DNA of 64,000 nucleotides, taken from NCBI RefSeq assembly GCF_016706325.1, contig NZ_JADJJX010000001.1, positions 1,072,899-1,136,898 on the forward strand, in the 5' to 3' direction. Made by a program: the position numbers and the translations under genes. This stretch comes from Methanothrix sp. GTDB lineage: Archaea; Halobacteriota; Methanosarcinia; Methanotrichales; Methanotrichaceae. Shown here piece after piece: positions 38,316 to 48,294 of the stretch (within the stretch, counting starts at the first letter, position 1; each line of letters opens with the position of its first letter). Below the pieces are notes generated by a model. It was given only the letters and a program-made list of their open reading frames with translations, did not search any database and was not told where the DNA came from.

Positions 38316-39546
38316 ATTACCCCTCTCCTAAAATCTATTTTATCTTAGGGCTTCATTCGAGCTGAATTCAAATTTAACTTACAAATTTAGAATATTTTTT
38401 TGATTAAACTCAAGGGGATGTTCAAAATACGAATTCAAGTAGCTATGAAAACTTTTAAGTAATTTGGACACCTAATATCAGGTTGCACAACCAAAGGAGG
38501 TTGGATATTATGTTGTCTCCCTTAATTCCTGATATCAGGCATCCAAAATGGATTATAGTCGTCAAATTACTTGGATTATCGCTTCTCCAAGAGCTAATAA
38601 AATCGCGGGCAGATTAAAAATATATGACAAAGATAAATTTTATTGTCAATCAAAGTCTTAATCCTATCGGATCTATTTGAAAGAGATATTTCAAGGCTTG
38701 TTTCCGAAATAAATGAAAATATTGCCTTAAAGAGGCTTTTAGGGATTAATTCAAAGGTAAAAGCAAATGAAATATACAAGATGCAGTCAAATCTCGATTA
38801 TGAATTGATTTTCACGTTTTTAAAAGATTATTTCAGCCTAGAAAGAGATTGAGGGATAAAAAGGTAGAAAGTAATTATTGACACTAGTTCTCGCTATCGA
38901 CCTTAATTTGTGGAGAACCGACAAAATTGTAGGAGATAAAAATAAATATTCATATAGTCCATCTATAGGATATTATGTCGGATTTAAGTTGATTTTGGCA
39001 ATAAATCAGGATAATGAGCTCCTGGGGTTTGAAATTTTCAAAACTCGCCCAATGACTCTAAAATGCTTATTCCTTTCCTCGATAAGCTATATCGCTCTAG
39101 AATTATCAAATCGGAAGATATAATCATCTGTGATAAGGGTTTTACGTCAAAAACAATTATCAGACTATCATCAATAGATTTAACATCGTTCCGATCATAT
39201 CCCAGGAAAAACCAAATTTAGAGAAGATAATTCATAACCTAAATCCACCTTGGTTGTTTTTTTTGTAAAAAATAATTTGGCCATTTGGAAACGAACTGTA
39301 GTTGCTTTCAAAAAACTAATCTATGAATGGGAGAGTTTCAAGATAATAAGGTCGAATATTGAAGATTTCTTTAATATCGCTAAGAATTTTCTAGGAATGA
39401 ACCGAAACCATCAATATACGAAGGTTAGCATCGAAAAGAGGGTTGCCCGAATAATTTTCTTGACCCAAACGTTGATTTGTTTGTTGGATGATCTAAATAT
39501 TGATAAAAGGGCCATACCATATTGGTGATCTTGGGAGAGGGGTAAT
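38316..39546 (+). mobile_element. degenerate IS4/IS5-superfamily insertion sequence with perfect 13-bp terminal inverted repeats
   Basis: attacccctctcc (38316-38328) and ggagaggggtaat (39534-39546) are exact reverse complements. The interior is AT-rich and holds transposase fragments. Confidence 0.6.
38510..39528 (+). pseudogene. DDE transposase remnants in several frames
   Basis: The fragments are MLSPLIPDIRHPKWI..., ...ALKRLLGINSKV..., ...IGYYVGFKLILAINQDNELLGFEIFKT (GYK-H-like block), ...ICDKGFTSK... (by eye, in a shifted frame) and the C-terminal ...IRSNIEDFFNIAKNFLG (Y-R-E/K-like block). No frame is continuous. Confidence 0.6.
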
Positions 39547-39553
39547 ATGATCT

Positions 39554-40351
39554 ATGAATTACGGCCAGAGCAGCCAGATGGCCCGCCTTTGGGAGGTGGA
39601 CCTCATCCGTGGAATGGCCGTGGTATCAATGGTCATCTTTCATCTGGCATTTGACCTGAACTACCTCGGCATCCTCAGGATCGACCTTGACTCAGCCCTC
39701 TGGTTTTATCTGGCCCGCCTCACCGCCTCCCTCTTTCTCCTCCTGGTTGGCATCTCCCTCACCCTGAGCCATTCCCGGGCAGTTCTGACCGGACAGCTGA
39801 GCCAATACCCATCCAGGCTCTGGAAGAGGAGCCTGTGGATTCTCTGCCTGGCCCTGGGAGTTACCTCTGTGACCTATATTCTCATCGGGAGGGGCTACAT
39901 AATCTTTGGAATCCTTCACCTCATATCCATCTCCATTCTACTGGCCTATCCCCTGCTCTCCCTGGGCAGGATGAACATCGCCTTGGGGCTGGGAGCGATC
40001 CTGCTGGGACTGCATATCCAGGGGATGGAGGCAGACTCCCTCTGGCTCATCTGGCTGGGCCTGGCCCCCCGCGGCTTCGTCTCCCTGGACTACACTCCCC
40101 TATTTCCCTGGTTTGGAATGGTGCTGATGGGCATGGCTGCAGGATCGTTGCTCTACCGGGACCTCTCCCGCCGCTTTCCTCTCCCAGAAGCCTGCGCATG
40201 CGCGCCGGCAAAAGGGCTCTTATTCCTGGGCAGAAACTCTCTGGCGGTCTATATTCTCCATCAGCCTCTTCTGCTTCTCCTGATCTATCTGCTGGATGGC
40301 CGCTCTCCCCTCCCCTTTGTCCTGGCAGCGAATTGGGGATTGGGCCCTTAA
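39554..40351 (+). CDS. DUF1624 / heparan-alpha-glucosaminide N-acetyltransferase-like membrane acyltransferase
   Basis: RLWEVDLIRGMAVVSMVIFHLAFD N-terminal motif. Polytopic, 265 aa. Confidence 0.7.
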   Translation: MNYGQSSQMARLWEVDLIRGMAVVSMVIFHLAFDLNYLGILRIDLDSALWFYLARLTASLFLLLVGISLTLSHSRAVLTGQLSQYPSRLWKRSLWILCLALGVTSVTYILIGRGYIIFGILHLISISILLAYPLLSLGRMNIALGLGAILLGLHIQGMEADSLWLIWLGLAPRGFVSLDYTPLFPWFGMVLMGMAAGSLLYRDLSRRFPLPEACACAPAKGLLFLGRNSLAVYILHQPLLLLLIYLLDGRSPLPFVLAANWGLGP

Positions 40352-41364
40352 TGTTATCTATCAGCAGAGCTATCACAAGAGGCATGAAATTTGAAGAATG
40401 CACCATCAACCGCAAAGGGGTGCTCGTAGTGGGAGGGATAATCGTGGACCTGATCGCCAAATCTGCGCGTTTCAAGCTGGTCAACGACAATCTCTGCTTT
40501 CCCTTCGACTCCAAGATAACCCTGGATGAGCTCAATCAGGATACCGGTGGCTCAGCCCATAACCTGGCCACCAACCTGGCAGAGCTGGGCACAACCACCT
40601 ACATCCTCGGCTCAGTGGGCAGGGACGACCACGGGGAGGAATACCTGAGAAATCTTAGGATTCATGGTGCTATCACCAAGTATGTCACCCTGAAGAAGGG
40701 GCTGACGGGGATATCTTTGGTCTTCCTCTACAATGGTGAGAAGACCGTCCTGACCAGCAGAGGGGCCAATGACCTCCTGGGAGAGGAGGATCTCAATCTC
40801 GAGGTCTTTGATAGGGTCGATACCCTGGTCCTGACCAGCCTGATAAGCGAGAAGAACATGGCGCTGATGAGAAAGGCCGTAGAGGGGGCGAAGAAGAGGG
40901 GAATCTACATCGTCGTGAACCCCAGCATGAGCATGGTCACCCACAGACCGGAGGAGTTGAGGTATGCCATGCAAAACAGCCAGGTGATAATCATGAACGG
41001 CAAGGAGTCGATGCTGATAACCGGGGAGAAAGATGTCGATTCCGCCATCAAGAAGCTGAAAGAATACGGTGCAGAGACGGTGATCGTCACCCTGGATGTC
41101 AGGGGTGCTCTGGTCTTGGATGATGAACGAAGCTTCCGGGTGCCCGCCTACAAGGTCAAGGTGGTGGACACCACCGGCGGGGGGGATAGCTTCACTGCTG
41201 GCTTCATCCATGCCAAGTACAAGGGATACTCAAATGAAGAGGCGGTCAAGTTCGCCTCCGCTGTGGCCGCCCTGAACATCATCACCCCAGGAGCGAGCAC
41301 CGACCTGCCAAGCGAGGAGGATGTGGTCGAGTTCATGAAGAGGGCAGAGCCTCTTGAGCCTTAA
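40351..41364 (+). CDS. PfkB-family carbohydrate/nucleoside kinase
   Basis: VLVVGGIIVDLI N-terminus and C-terminal VVDTTGGGDSFTAGF and PGAS motifs. The start is 40351 or 40384. The upstream part of track ORF 39835.. is out-of-frame overlap with the previous gene. Confidence 0.8.
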   Translation: MLSISRAITRGMKFEECTINRKGVLVVGGIIVDLIAKSARFKLVNDNLCFPFDSKITLDELNQDTGGSAHNLATNLAELGTTTYILGSVGRDDHGEEYLRNLRIHGAITKYVTLKKGLTGISLVFLYNGEKTVLTSRGANDLLGEEDLNLEVFDRVDTLVLTSLISEKNMALMRKAVEGAKKRGIYIVVNPSMSMVTHRPEELRYAMQNSQVIIMNGKESMLITGEKDVDSAIKKLKEYGAETVIVTLDVRGALVLDDERSFRVPAYKVKVVDTTGGGDSFTAGFIHAKYKGYSNEEAVKFASAVAALNIITPGASTDLPSEEDVVEFMKRAEPLEP

Positions 41365-41528
41365 AGGGCGGATTTTGAGGTTATGAGGGGAAGCAGAGGA
41401 GGCGAAGCTCATTAAAGCGGAGGATCATCCGGGCGAGAGCCCCTTGGCCTCCGCCAGGTCGGCGGCCTGCAGAATGCCTCAAGGGGCAGGAGAGGTCTCG
41501 CTTCTGCCGGCCGCCCATCCCGCGCTGT

Positions 41529-42449
41529 TCAGGCCAGATCTCCCTTCCGGAAGGTATGCTCCCCCTCGATATGCACCCTCTCCGGCAGCCCTCCAAACCG
41601 GGCCCGGAGGATGAGCTCTCCGATCTGCTCTCTCATCACCCGGGCGATGCCGATGATGGAGGTGGTGGGGCGGGCGTTCACATCCACCGCCCGGGGAAGA
41701 TCACCGAGGACGAAGTCGATCCCTGCATAGCCGCGCAGACCTAAGGCCTCTGCCGCCCTCCTGGCTGCCTTCCAGATCTCATCCCCTCGGGGGGTGCTGT
41801 AGGGCACCTGGCTCCCCTGATATTCCATCCTCCCATCGACAAGATCGATAAGCTGGCGGTTAAGGGTTAAGGGCAGAAAGCCCTCTTCGCCCACGATGAA
41901 GCTGGCGGAGAGGTGCAGCCCCTCGTGATAGCGGGTGATGATCTCATCCCGCCCCGCCCGAGCTGAAGAGGTTATGCGTACCCCTTCCGATCCCGAGCCG
42001 GTGCGCGGCTTGACCACATACTGCAGGCAGCCCTTATCCACTTCATCGGGCCGGTCCACGATCTGGGCCACTGGAACCCCGGCCTGCTCCAGGGCCCTGG
42101 TGCAGAGCAGCTTGTCCGCCGCCAGCCGGGCGGCAGCGGGGCTGCTACCCAGATTAGCGACTTGATCTCGATTCTCAATCTTCTCCAGAAAGCGGGGCTG
42201 CAGGCCATCAGGGGCGATCAGGAGGGCGGCATTTACATCGATCGATTCCAGCAGAGACTCGAATTCCCCCTCTCCCTGCAGGAATACGGGCTTGCCCGCC
42301 CCTATCCTGGGGCCGCGGGTGGGATAGCTCACCTCATGGCCGCTGGAAAGGAGGCTCTCCACCAGGACGGAGAGCATGGCTCTGCCCTCCAGCTCAAGGG
42401 TTCCGCCCAGGCCGAGGGCGGATGCATACTCGGCAACAAGAATGTTCAT
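41529..42449 (-). CDS. ATP-grasp ligase (possibly MfnD-like tyramine-glutamate ligase)
   Basis: 306 aa. The N-terminus MNILVAEYASALGLGG and the ATP-grasp core (YVVKPRTGSGSEGV) are present. The specific MfnD call is from memory and tentative. Confidence 0.5.
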   Translation of the reverse strand: MNILVAEYASALGLGGTLELEGRAMLSVLVESLLSSGHEVSYPTRGPRIGAGKPVFLQGEGEFESLLESIDVNAALLIAPDGLQPRFLEKIENRDQVANLGSSPAAARLAADKLLCTRALEQAGVPVAQIVDRPDEVDKGCLQYVVKPRTGSGSEGVRITSSARAGRDEIITRYHEGLHLSASFIVGEEGFLPLTLNRQLIDLVDGRMEYQGSQVPYSTPRGDEIWKAARRAAEALGLRGYAGIDFVLGDLPRAVDVNARPTTSIIGIARVMREQIGELILRARFGGLPERVHIEGEHTFRKGDLA

Positions 42450-42536
42450 GGATTCTCGAAGCTGCCATTGCAGCCGGGATATATAACCTGATGGCCAGCA
42501 ATTAACCTTTTATCCCTGCCCGCATCTCCTAGAGCC

Positions 42537-43049
42537 ATGAAGCTTCCGGGCACGGCAACAGCAGAGGAGAATATCCACATCGCCATGGGAAAGCTCGCCA
42601 TAAAGCGCGGCGATCTCTTCTTAGATGTCGGATGCGGCTCAGGAGCCGTCTCCCTGGCTGCCTCCCGCTACACTGACCACATTTACGGCCTGGACCGCCG
42701 GCCCGAGGCAGTAAAGCTCAGCCAGGATCTGGTCCCCGGGGGAGAGTTCCTCCTGGGCGAGGCAGAGGAGATAATCCCCCGCCTGCCAGCAGTGGACAGC
42801 TGCTTCATCGGCGGCACCCGGGGGATAGACCGTTTCCTTCCCCTTCTGCTGGAGAGGGCCAGCCCCGGCTGCATGATCGTCGCTGATCTGGCCAGGATGG
42901 GCATAGCCAGCCAGGTGGTGGATTTGATGAAGAGGCTGGGCATATACAGGGAGATCCTGCAGATCAATATAAGCCGGGGCTATGACCTGGCAGGGGACAT
43001 AGCCCTCAGGCCCATAAACCCCATATTCATGGTGATCGGCAAATGTTAA
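42537..43049 (+). CDS. cbiT: cobalt-precorrin-6B C15-methyltransferase (decarboxylating) CbiT
   Basis: Class I SAM-methyltransferase motif FLDVGCGSGAVSL. About 170 aa, at the head of the cbi cluster. Confidence 0.75.
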   Translation: MKLPGTATAEENIHIAMGKLAIKRGDLFLDVGCGSGAVSLAASRYTDHIYGLDRRPEAVKLSQDLVPGGEFLLGEAEEIIPRLPAVDSCFIGGTRGIDRFLPLLLERASPGCMIVADLARMGIASQVVDLMKRLGIYREILQINISRGYDLAGDIALRPINPIFMVIGKC

Positions 43050-43651
43050 TTGGCATAAGCCTCGGACCGGGCGACCCGGAGCTGTTGACCTTCAAGGCAG
43101 CAGCAGCTCTGAAAAGTTGCAAGCAGGTCTTCGTTCCCGGTGAACTGGCAGCAGAGCTGGCCGGGCTCTACTCCACCCCCCAGATCCTGGACTTTCCCAT
43201 GATCCAGGACAAGAGGGAGCTGGAGAGGATCTGGCGGGAGAATGCAGGGATCATCGCCCAGGAGGCTTGCTTTAGCCCGGTGGGCTTTGCCTGCATTGGC
43301 GACGTGAATACATTCTCCACCTTCAGCCATCTGAAGAGGGTGATAGAGGAGATCTACCCGGAGATCGAGATCCAGACCATCCCCGGGGTGGGAGTGGTCC
43401 CCGCTTTGGCCTCCAGATTCAGCGTCCTCCTGGAGAGATCCTTCCTGGTCTCGGACGGCTCTCCAGTGCAGTCGGTGATCAGGATAAAGGCGACAAGGCC
43501 CAAGGAGCTGGCAGAAGAGCTGCGAGGAGAGGGGTACGAGGATTTCACCCTGGGCAGCAGGCTCTTCACCCCGGAGGAGAGGATCGTCCGGGGGGAGATG
43601 CCGGAGAGGAGCGAGTACTTCAGCGTCCTTCTCGCCCAGAGGAGACCATGA
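43043..43651 (+). CDS. cbiL: cobalt-factor II / precorrin-2 C20-methyltransferase CbiL
   Basis: [23 protein letters not shown] tetrapyrrole-methylase N-terminus. 202 aa. Confidence 0.75.
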   Translation: MLIGISLGPGDPELLTFKAAAALKSCKQVFVPGELAAELAGLYSTPQILDFPMIQDKRELERIWRENAGIIAQEACFSPVGFACIGDVNTFSTFSHLKRVIEEIYPEIEIQTIPGVGVVPALASRFSVLLERSFLVSDGSPVQSVIRIKATRPKELAEELRGEGYEDFTLGSRLFTPEERIVRGEMPERSEYFSVLLAQRRP

Positions 43652-44358
43652 AGATCTATTTCGTGGGAGCAGGTCCGGGCGATCCGGAGCTGATCACAGT
43701 CAAGGGCAAGAGGCTCTTGGAGGAGGCGGATCTGGTGGTGTACGCCGGCTCTCTGGTCAACCCCCAGCTCCTGGAGGGGCTGCGGGCGGACAAGCTGGAT
43801 AGCAATGGACTCTCCATTGAGCAGACTCAGGCAGAGATGCTCCGCTCTCTGCGGGCGGGAAAGAAGGTGGTGCGGCTGCACAGCGGCGACCCCTCAATCT
43901 ATGGGGCCATATTGGAGCAGATGAAGCCCTTAGAGGAGATGGGGATCGAGGTGGAGGTGGTTCCCGGGGTCTCCTCCCTCTTCGCCGCCGCCGCCGCCCT
44001 GAAGACCCAGCTCACCCTCAAAGGGGTCTCCGAATCTCTGATCCTGACCAGGCCTGCCGGAGCCACCCTGGAGAGGGATGAGCTGCCCGCTCTGGGCCGA
44101 TTGGGGACGACCATGGCCATATTTTTAGGCATCGACAGGATCAGGGATATAGTCCGCTCCCTGGACCGGCCCGGGAATACACCAGTGGCAGTGGTCTATC
44201 ATGCCTCCTGGCCGGACCAGAAGATCCTGTGCGGAACCCTGGACGATATCGCCGATAAGGTGGAGGAGGAGGGGATAGAGCGCAGCGCTCTCATACTGGT
44301 GGGGGATGTGTTGAGGAGGACGGGATACAGGAGGTCACACCTATACCGGAGCCGCTGA
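43648..44358 (+). CDS. cbiF: cobalt-precorrin-4 C11-methyltransferase CbiF
   Basis: [37 protein letters not shown] and [10 protein letters not shown] motifs. Confidence 0.85.
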   Translation: MKIYFVGAGPGDPELITVKGKRLLEEADLVVYAGSLVNPQLLEGLRADKLDSNGLSIEQTQAEMLRSLRAGKKVVRLHSGDPSIYGAILEQMKPLEEMGIEVEVVPGVSSLFAAAAALKTQLTLKGVSESLILTRPAGATLERDELPALGRLGTTMAIFLGIDRIRDIVRSLDRPGNTPVAVVYHASWPDQKILCGTLDDIADKVEEEGIERSALILVGDVLRRTGYRRSHLYRSR

Positions 44359-45236
44359 AGTCCCTGGCTATACTGCTCTTCCCCCGGGACAGGGATAAGG
44401 GGGAGAGGATCGCTCAGGCCCTGAGCGATCGATATCAGTCTACTATAATCCTCTACGAGGAGGGGAGGATGAAGAGGCTCTTGGAGAGGTACGATCTATT
44501 GGTGGCGATCATGGCAGTGGGGATTGTGACCAGAAGCCTCTGCCGCCACCTGCAGGACAAATGGCGGGACCGGCCAGTGGTGGCAGTCGACTCCGCCCTG
44601 AGATGTGCTGTGCCGGTGGTGGGGGGCCACCATGGGGCCAACGATCTGGCCCTCCACCTGGCGGAGGGGCTTGGCCTATATCCGGCTATAACCACTGCCA
44701 CTGACGCCTCCGGCCGGCCCTGCCTGGAGAGCGTGGCCCGGCGGCTGAATGCCTCTGTGCTGAACAGGAGCTCCTCCAAGGCGATCAACCTCGCCTTCCT
44801 GAGGGAGGATGTGCCGGTATTGAGGCTGAAGGGCCCCAGGATCCTGCTGGTGGATGAGGATGTAGCAGTGCTCAAGGGCAAAGGGCTGGTCTTGGGGGTG
44901 GGAGCAAGAAAGGGCATATCCCCGGATGAGGTTCTGGAGGCGGTGGACCGGGCCCTGGAGGAGTGCGGCAGGAGAAGGGAGGAGATAGCATTTCTGGCCA
45001 GCGCCTGGATCAAAAGGGAGGAAGAGGGCCTGCTGAGGGCAGCGGGGGCTCTGGATAGGGAGATCATCTTTCTCTCCCGGGAGGAGCTCAACTCCCAAAA
45101 GCCGACCACCCCCTCCCGGGCGGAGGATCTGGGGCTGGCGGGGGTGGCTGAGCCCGCCGTCCTCGCCCTGGCGGAGAGGCTCATCCTCCCTAAGAGGGCC
45201 TACGGCAGGGTGACCATCGCCATCGGGGAGAATTGA
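44355..45236 (+). CDS. cbiG: cobalt-precorrin-5A hydrolase CbiG (conserved N-terminus lacks a canonical start)
   Basis: [16 protein letters not shown] and the C-terminal domain GVGARKG...VAEPAV are present. The first ATG/GTG/TTG is at 44469, but CbiG-like sequence [22 protein letters not shown] is in frame from a CTG at 44355 that overlaps the cbiF stop. Confidence 0.75.
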   Translation: MKSLAILLFPRDRDKGERIAQALSDRYQSTIILYEEGRMKRLLERYDLLVAIMAVGIVTRSLCRHLQDKWRDRPVVAVDSALRCAVPVVGGHHGANDLALHLAEGLGLYPAITTATDASGRPCLESVARRLNASVLNRSSSKAINLAFLREDVPVLRLKGPRILLVDEDVAVLKGKGLVLGVGARKGISPDEVLEAVDRALEECGRRREEIAFLASAWIKREEEGLLRAAGALDREIIFLSREELNSQKPTTPSRAEDLGLAGVAEPAVLALAERLILPKRAYGRVTIAIGEN

Positions 45237-45237
45237 G

Positions 45238-46641
45238 ATGAATATGCATCCAGAAGGCAGGCTCTCGATCGTTGGCATCGGGCCGGGGGAGGCCTCTCTC
45301 CGCACCCTGGCTGCAGTGGAGGCCATAAAGGGAGCGGATTATGTTGTCGGCTACCGGCCCTATCTGAAGCTCATAGAAGATCTCCTGCCGGGAAAGGAGG
45401 TCTACTCCAGCGGCATGAGAGGGGAGGTGGACAGGGTCCGGGCGGCTTTGGATCTGCTCGATCGAGGCTCTGTAGCCCTGGTCAGCTCAGGAGATGCCAA
45501 TGTCTATGGCATGGCCGGCCTGGGCCTGGAGATGGCAGAGCATCCGGCAGAGGTGGAGGTGGTCCCGGGGGTCACATCATTCACCGCCGCTGCCTGCCGG
45601 GCCGGCCTGCTCTTCCGGGAGTGCGTGGCAGTGATCAGCCTCAGCGATCTTCTCACCCCCTGGGAGGGGATCGAGGGGAGATTGCGCCAGGCAGCAGATC
45701 ATGGGATGCCCGTCGCCCTCTACAACCCTCAGAGCAAGAGACGGGACTGGCAGCTCTTGCGCGCCCTTGATATCTACCAGGATAGGGATCTTCTGGTGGC
45801 AAAGGGGGTGGGCAGAGAGGGAGAGAGGATCTTCTGGAGCACTGCCAGCCGCCTGCTGGAGAGCGAATCGCTGCGGGAGGAGATCGATATGACCACGGTC
45901 ATCATCCTGCCCGGAAGGGGCTGCCACCGGGGAGAGGCCGCCCCCCGGTCGCTGATCAATCTGGTGGGAACCGGCCCCGGAGGCAGGGACAGCCTCACTG
46001 CAGAGGCCCAGGCCATCCTCAGCTCCTCTGAGAAGCTCCTGGGAGCAGAGCGCTACCTGGAGCTCATCGGGGACTTTCCCGGGGAGAAGCTGGCCCATGC
46101 CGGCCCCTGCCCGGAGAGGTCCTATGCCCGCTTCCAGGAGGCGGCCAGGCTCGCCCGCTCGGGTAAGAGGGCCAGCATCCTCACCGGCGGCGACCCGAGC
46201 ATCTTCTCCGCTGGCTGGCGGATCATGGAGCTGGCAGATGATCGGCTGCCAGTTCACATCTCCCCCGGAGTGAGCGCCTTCTCATCTGTGGCGGCGAGAG
46301 CAGGAGCCCCGCTCTGCGGAGACTTCGCCCTTCTCTCCCGGCCGGATGATCCGGCAGCACCATCGCTGCTGGCAGCAGCCGGTTTTGGGGTGGTGGTCTA
46401 CAATGTGAGGGGTCACGAGCTCCTGCCCCTCCTCCAGGATCTGGAGCCGGAGAGGGCGGTGGCCCTGGCGCGGGATGTGGCCCGGAGGGGGGAGGAGATG
46501 ATAATAATGAGAGCGGAAGAGATGATAAATATCAGGCCGTCGGGCTTCCGGTTCACCCTCCTTATATCCTGCCCCCGGGCAGAGATTAGAGAGGGCAGGA
46601 TCATCGCCAAGAGAGGATACGATACCAAATACAGCTATTAG
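45238..46641 (+). CDS. cbiH: cobalt-factor III / precorrin-3B C17-methyltransferase CbiH with an extra tetrapyrrole-methylase-like domain
   Basis: The N-terminal 240 aa are CbiH-like (LSIVGIGPGE..., SSGDANVYGMAG, ISLSDLLTPW, ALYNPQS). Residues from about 250 form a second GTGPGG...TGGDPSIFSAG domain. The C-terminus ends RGYDTKYSY. Confidence 0.75.
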   Translation: MNMHPEGRLSIVGIGPGEASLRTLAAVEAIKGADYVVGYRPYLKLIEDLLPGKEVYSSGMRGEVDRVRAALDLLDRGSVALVSSGDANVYGMAGLGLEMAEHPAEVEVVPGVTSFTAAACRAGLLFRECVAVISLSDLLTPWEGIEGRLRQAADHGMPVALYNPQSKRRDWQLLRALDIYQDRDLLVAKGVGREGERIFWSTASRLLESESLREEIDMTTVIILPGRGCHRGEAAPRSLINLVGTGPGGRDSLTAEAQAILSSSEKLLGAERYLELIGDFPGEKLAHAGPCPERSYARFQEAARLARSGKRASILTGGDPSIFSAGWRIMELADDRLPVHISPGVSAFSSVAARAGAPLCGDFALLSRPDDPAAPSLLAAAGFGVVVYNVRGHELLPLLQDLEPERAVALARDVARRGEEMIIMRAEEMINIRPSGFRFTLLISCPRAEIREGRIIAKRGYDTKYSY

Positions 46642-46643
46642 AT

Positions 46644-47288
46644 TTGATTGATATGATGGAGAACTATACCGATATTGGGGCCAGCACGCCAGAAGGGATA
46701 AAGATAAGCAGAAAGAGCCGGGAGCTGATATCCGCTCTGATAGGAGACCGGAGCCCCGAGGACAGGATCGTCCAGAGATGTGTCATCGCCACCGGCGACC
46801 AGAGCGTTGCCGGGATCATGAGATTCCAGCATGAGCCCTTTCAGGCCGGCCTGCGGGCCCTGGAACGGGGCGCTCCCATCTTCGTGGATATCAGGATGGT
46901 CCAGGCAGGGGTGCTGAAGAAAGGGCACAGCAGCCCCATAGAGGCCTTCATCGATCGGGGAGATGAGCTGGCTGCGGCATCCCTGGGGACCACCCGCACC
47001 TCTGCCGGGGTGATGGCCCTGCAGGAGAGGCTCTCTGGATCGATAGTGGTGATAGGAAATGCCCCCTCCGCCCTGATGACACTGTGCGAACTCATGGAGT
47101 CGGGACGGGCGCAGCCCGACCTGGTGGTGGGGGTTCCGGTGGGCTTTGTCAATGCCCTGGAGAGCAAAGAGAGGCTAAGGGAGATAGCTGTGCCCTCCAT
47201 ATCCACAGTCGGCACCCGTGGCGGGACCCCTATCGCTGTGGCAGCCCTAAATGAGATCATAAACGCCTATGCCCGAGAGAGAGCCTGA
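46644..47288 (+). CDS. cbiC: cobalt-precorrin-8 methylmutase CbiC
   Basis: IVVIGNAPSAL and VGVPVGFVNA motifs. 214 aa. Confidence 0.85.
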   Translation: MIDMMENYTDIGASTPEGIKISRKSRELISALIGDRSPEDRIVQRCVIATGDQSVAGIMRFQHEPFQAGLRALERGAPIFVDIRMVQAGVLKKGHSSPIEAFIDRGDELAAASLGTTRTSAGVMALQERLSGSIVVIGNAPSALMTLCELMESGRAQPDLVVGVPVGFVNALESKERLREIAVPSISTVGTRGGTPIAVAALNEIINAYARERA

Positions 47289-48294
47289 GATCATAGCCGA
47301 TCCGGTCAGCGGCTTTGGCATACCCCTCTCCTGGATCAGATCCTCCCCCGACCCCGGAGCTCTGGAGAAGGTCCTCTCGGGCAGATGGACCATCCTCTCC
47401 AGCGGCCAGCTATTGAAGCGAGGCCTGACCACGGGGACTGTGGCCTCTGCTGCTGCGAAAGGGGCAGTGATATCCCTGCTCCGGCCAACAGAGAGCCTGG
47501 TGGTGATGACCCCGGCCGGAATCCCGGTCATGCTCCCTGTCAGGGCGGAGAATGGCCATTGCACTGCCCGCAAGGACGGAGGGGACCATCAGTCCGATGT
47601 CACCGCCGGCCTGGAGATATGTGCATGGGCAAGACCGTCTGAGGAGACGCTTCTCTTTGCCGGGGAGGGGATAGGGAACATAGGAGCAGGCGGCCTGTGC
47701 GACCAGATCGGCCGCCCGGCCATAAGCCCCTCCGCCAGGGAGCAGATCATGCTGGCGATATCTGAGGGCTGCGAGGAGGCGGGGATTGAGCATGTGCAGG
47801 TGGAGATCTATGTCCCCCGAGGAGAGGAGATCGCCCGCAAGACCCTCAACCCCAGACTGGGGATAACAGGAGGCATATCCATCCTCGGCTCGACTGGATT
47901 TGTGGAGCCCTGGAATGAGCATCTGATCGGGGAGAGGGCAGAGGAGCTGAAAGGGGCGAAGAGGGTGGTGGTCAGCACGGGCAGGACCGGGCTCAAGTTC
48001 AGCCGGATTCTCTTTCCCGATCATGAAGCAGTCCTCATGGGAAGCCAGCTGAACCGGCTGGAGTTTGCCCCCGATCAGGAGAGCATCCTATGCGGCCTTC
48101 CCGCCCTGATACTCAAATGGGCCTGGCCGGAGATACTGAGGAACACGGGCTACAACACTGTGGCGGAGATGGTGGAGAGGGAGCCTGGGCATGAGAACAT
48201 CGCACTGGGATTGAGAAGGGCCAAGGAGAGGCTGCCCCACACCCGCATCGTCCTGCTCCATAGGGATGGAAGGATCCTGAGGGAGGCCCTATGA
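47269..48294 (+). CDS. cbiD: cobalt-precorrin-5B C1-methyltransferase CbiD
   Basis: KRGLTTGTVASAAAKGA N-terminal motif and GGISILGSTGFVEPWN. Confidence 0.85.
   Translation: MPEREPEIIADPVSGFGIPLSWIRSSPDPGALEKVLSGRWTILSSGQLLKRGLTTGTVASAAAKGAVISLLRPTESLVVMTPAGIPVMLPVRAENGHCTARKDGGDHQSDVTAGLEICAWARPSEETLLFAGEGIGNIGAGGLCDQIGRPAISPSAREQIMLAISEGCEEAGIEHVQVEIYVPRGEEIARKTLNPRLGITGGISILGSTGFVEPWNEHLIGERAEELKGAKRVVVSTGRTGLKFSRILFPDHEAVLMGSQLNRLEFAPDQESILCGLPALILKWAWPEILRNTGYNTVAEMVEREPGHENIALGLRRAKERLPHTRIVLLHRDGRILREAL

Noticed and set aside
37570-38316. 248-aa plus-strand ORF covering the region between the origin and the dead IS
   Set aside because: It reads straight through the 16-bp tandem array and the canonical ORB. 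Its composition is not protein-like (Cys/Ser/Gln/Leu-rich, no motifs). It ends exactly at the IS inverted repeat, so it is most likely non-coding origin-flanking DNA.
39835-40350. N-terminal 170 residues of the 509-aa track ORF as a real extension of the PfkB kinase
   Set aside because: This part overlaps the DUF1624 membrane-protein gene out of frame and is Pro/Gly/Leu-rich. Kinase homology begins only after the ATG at 40351/40384.
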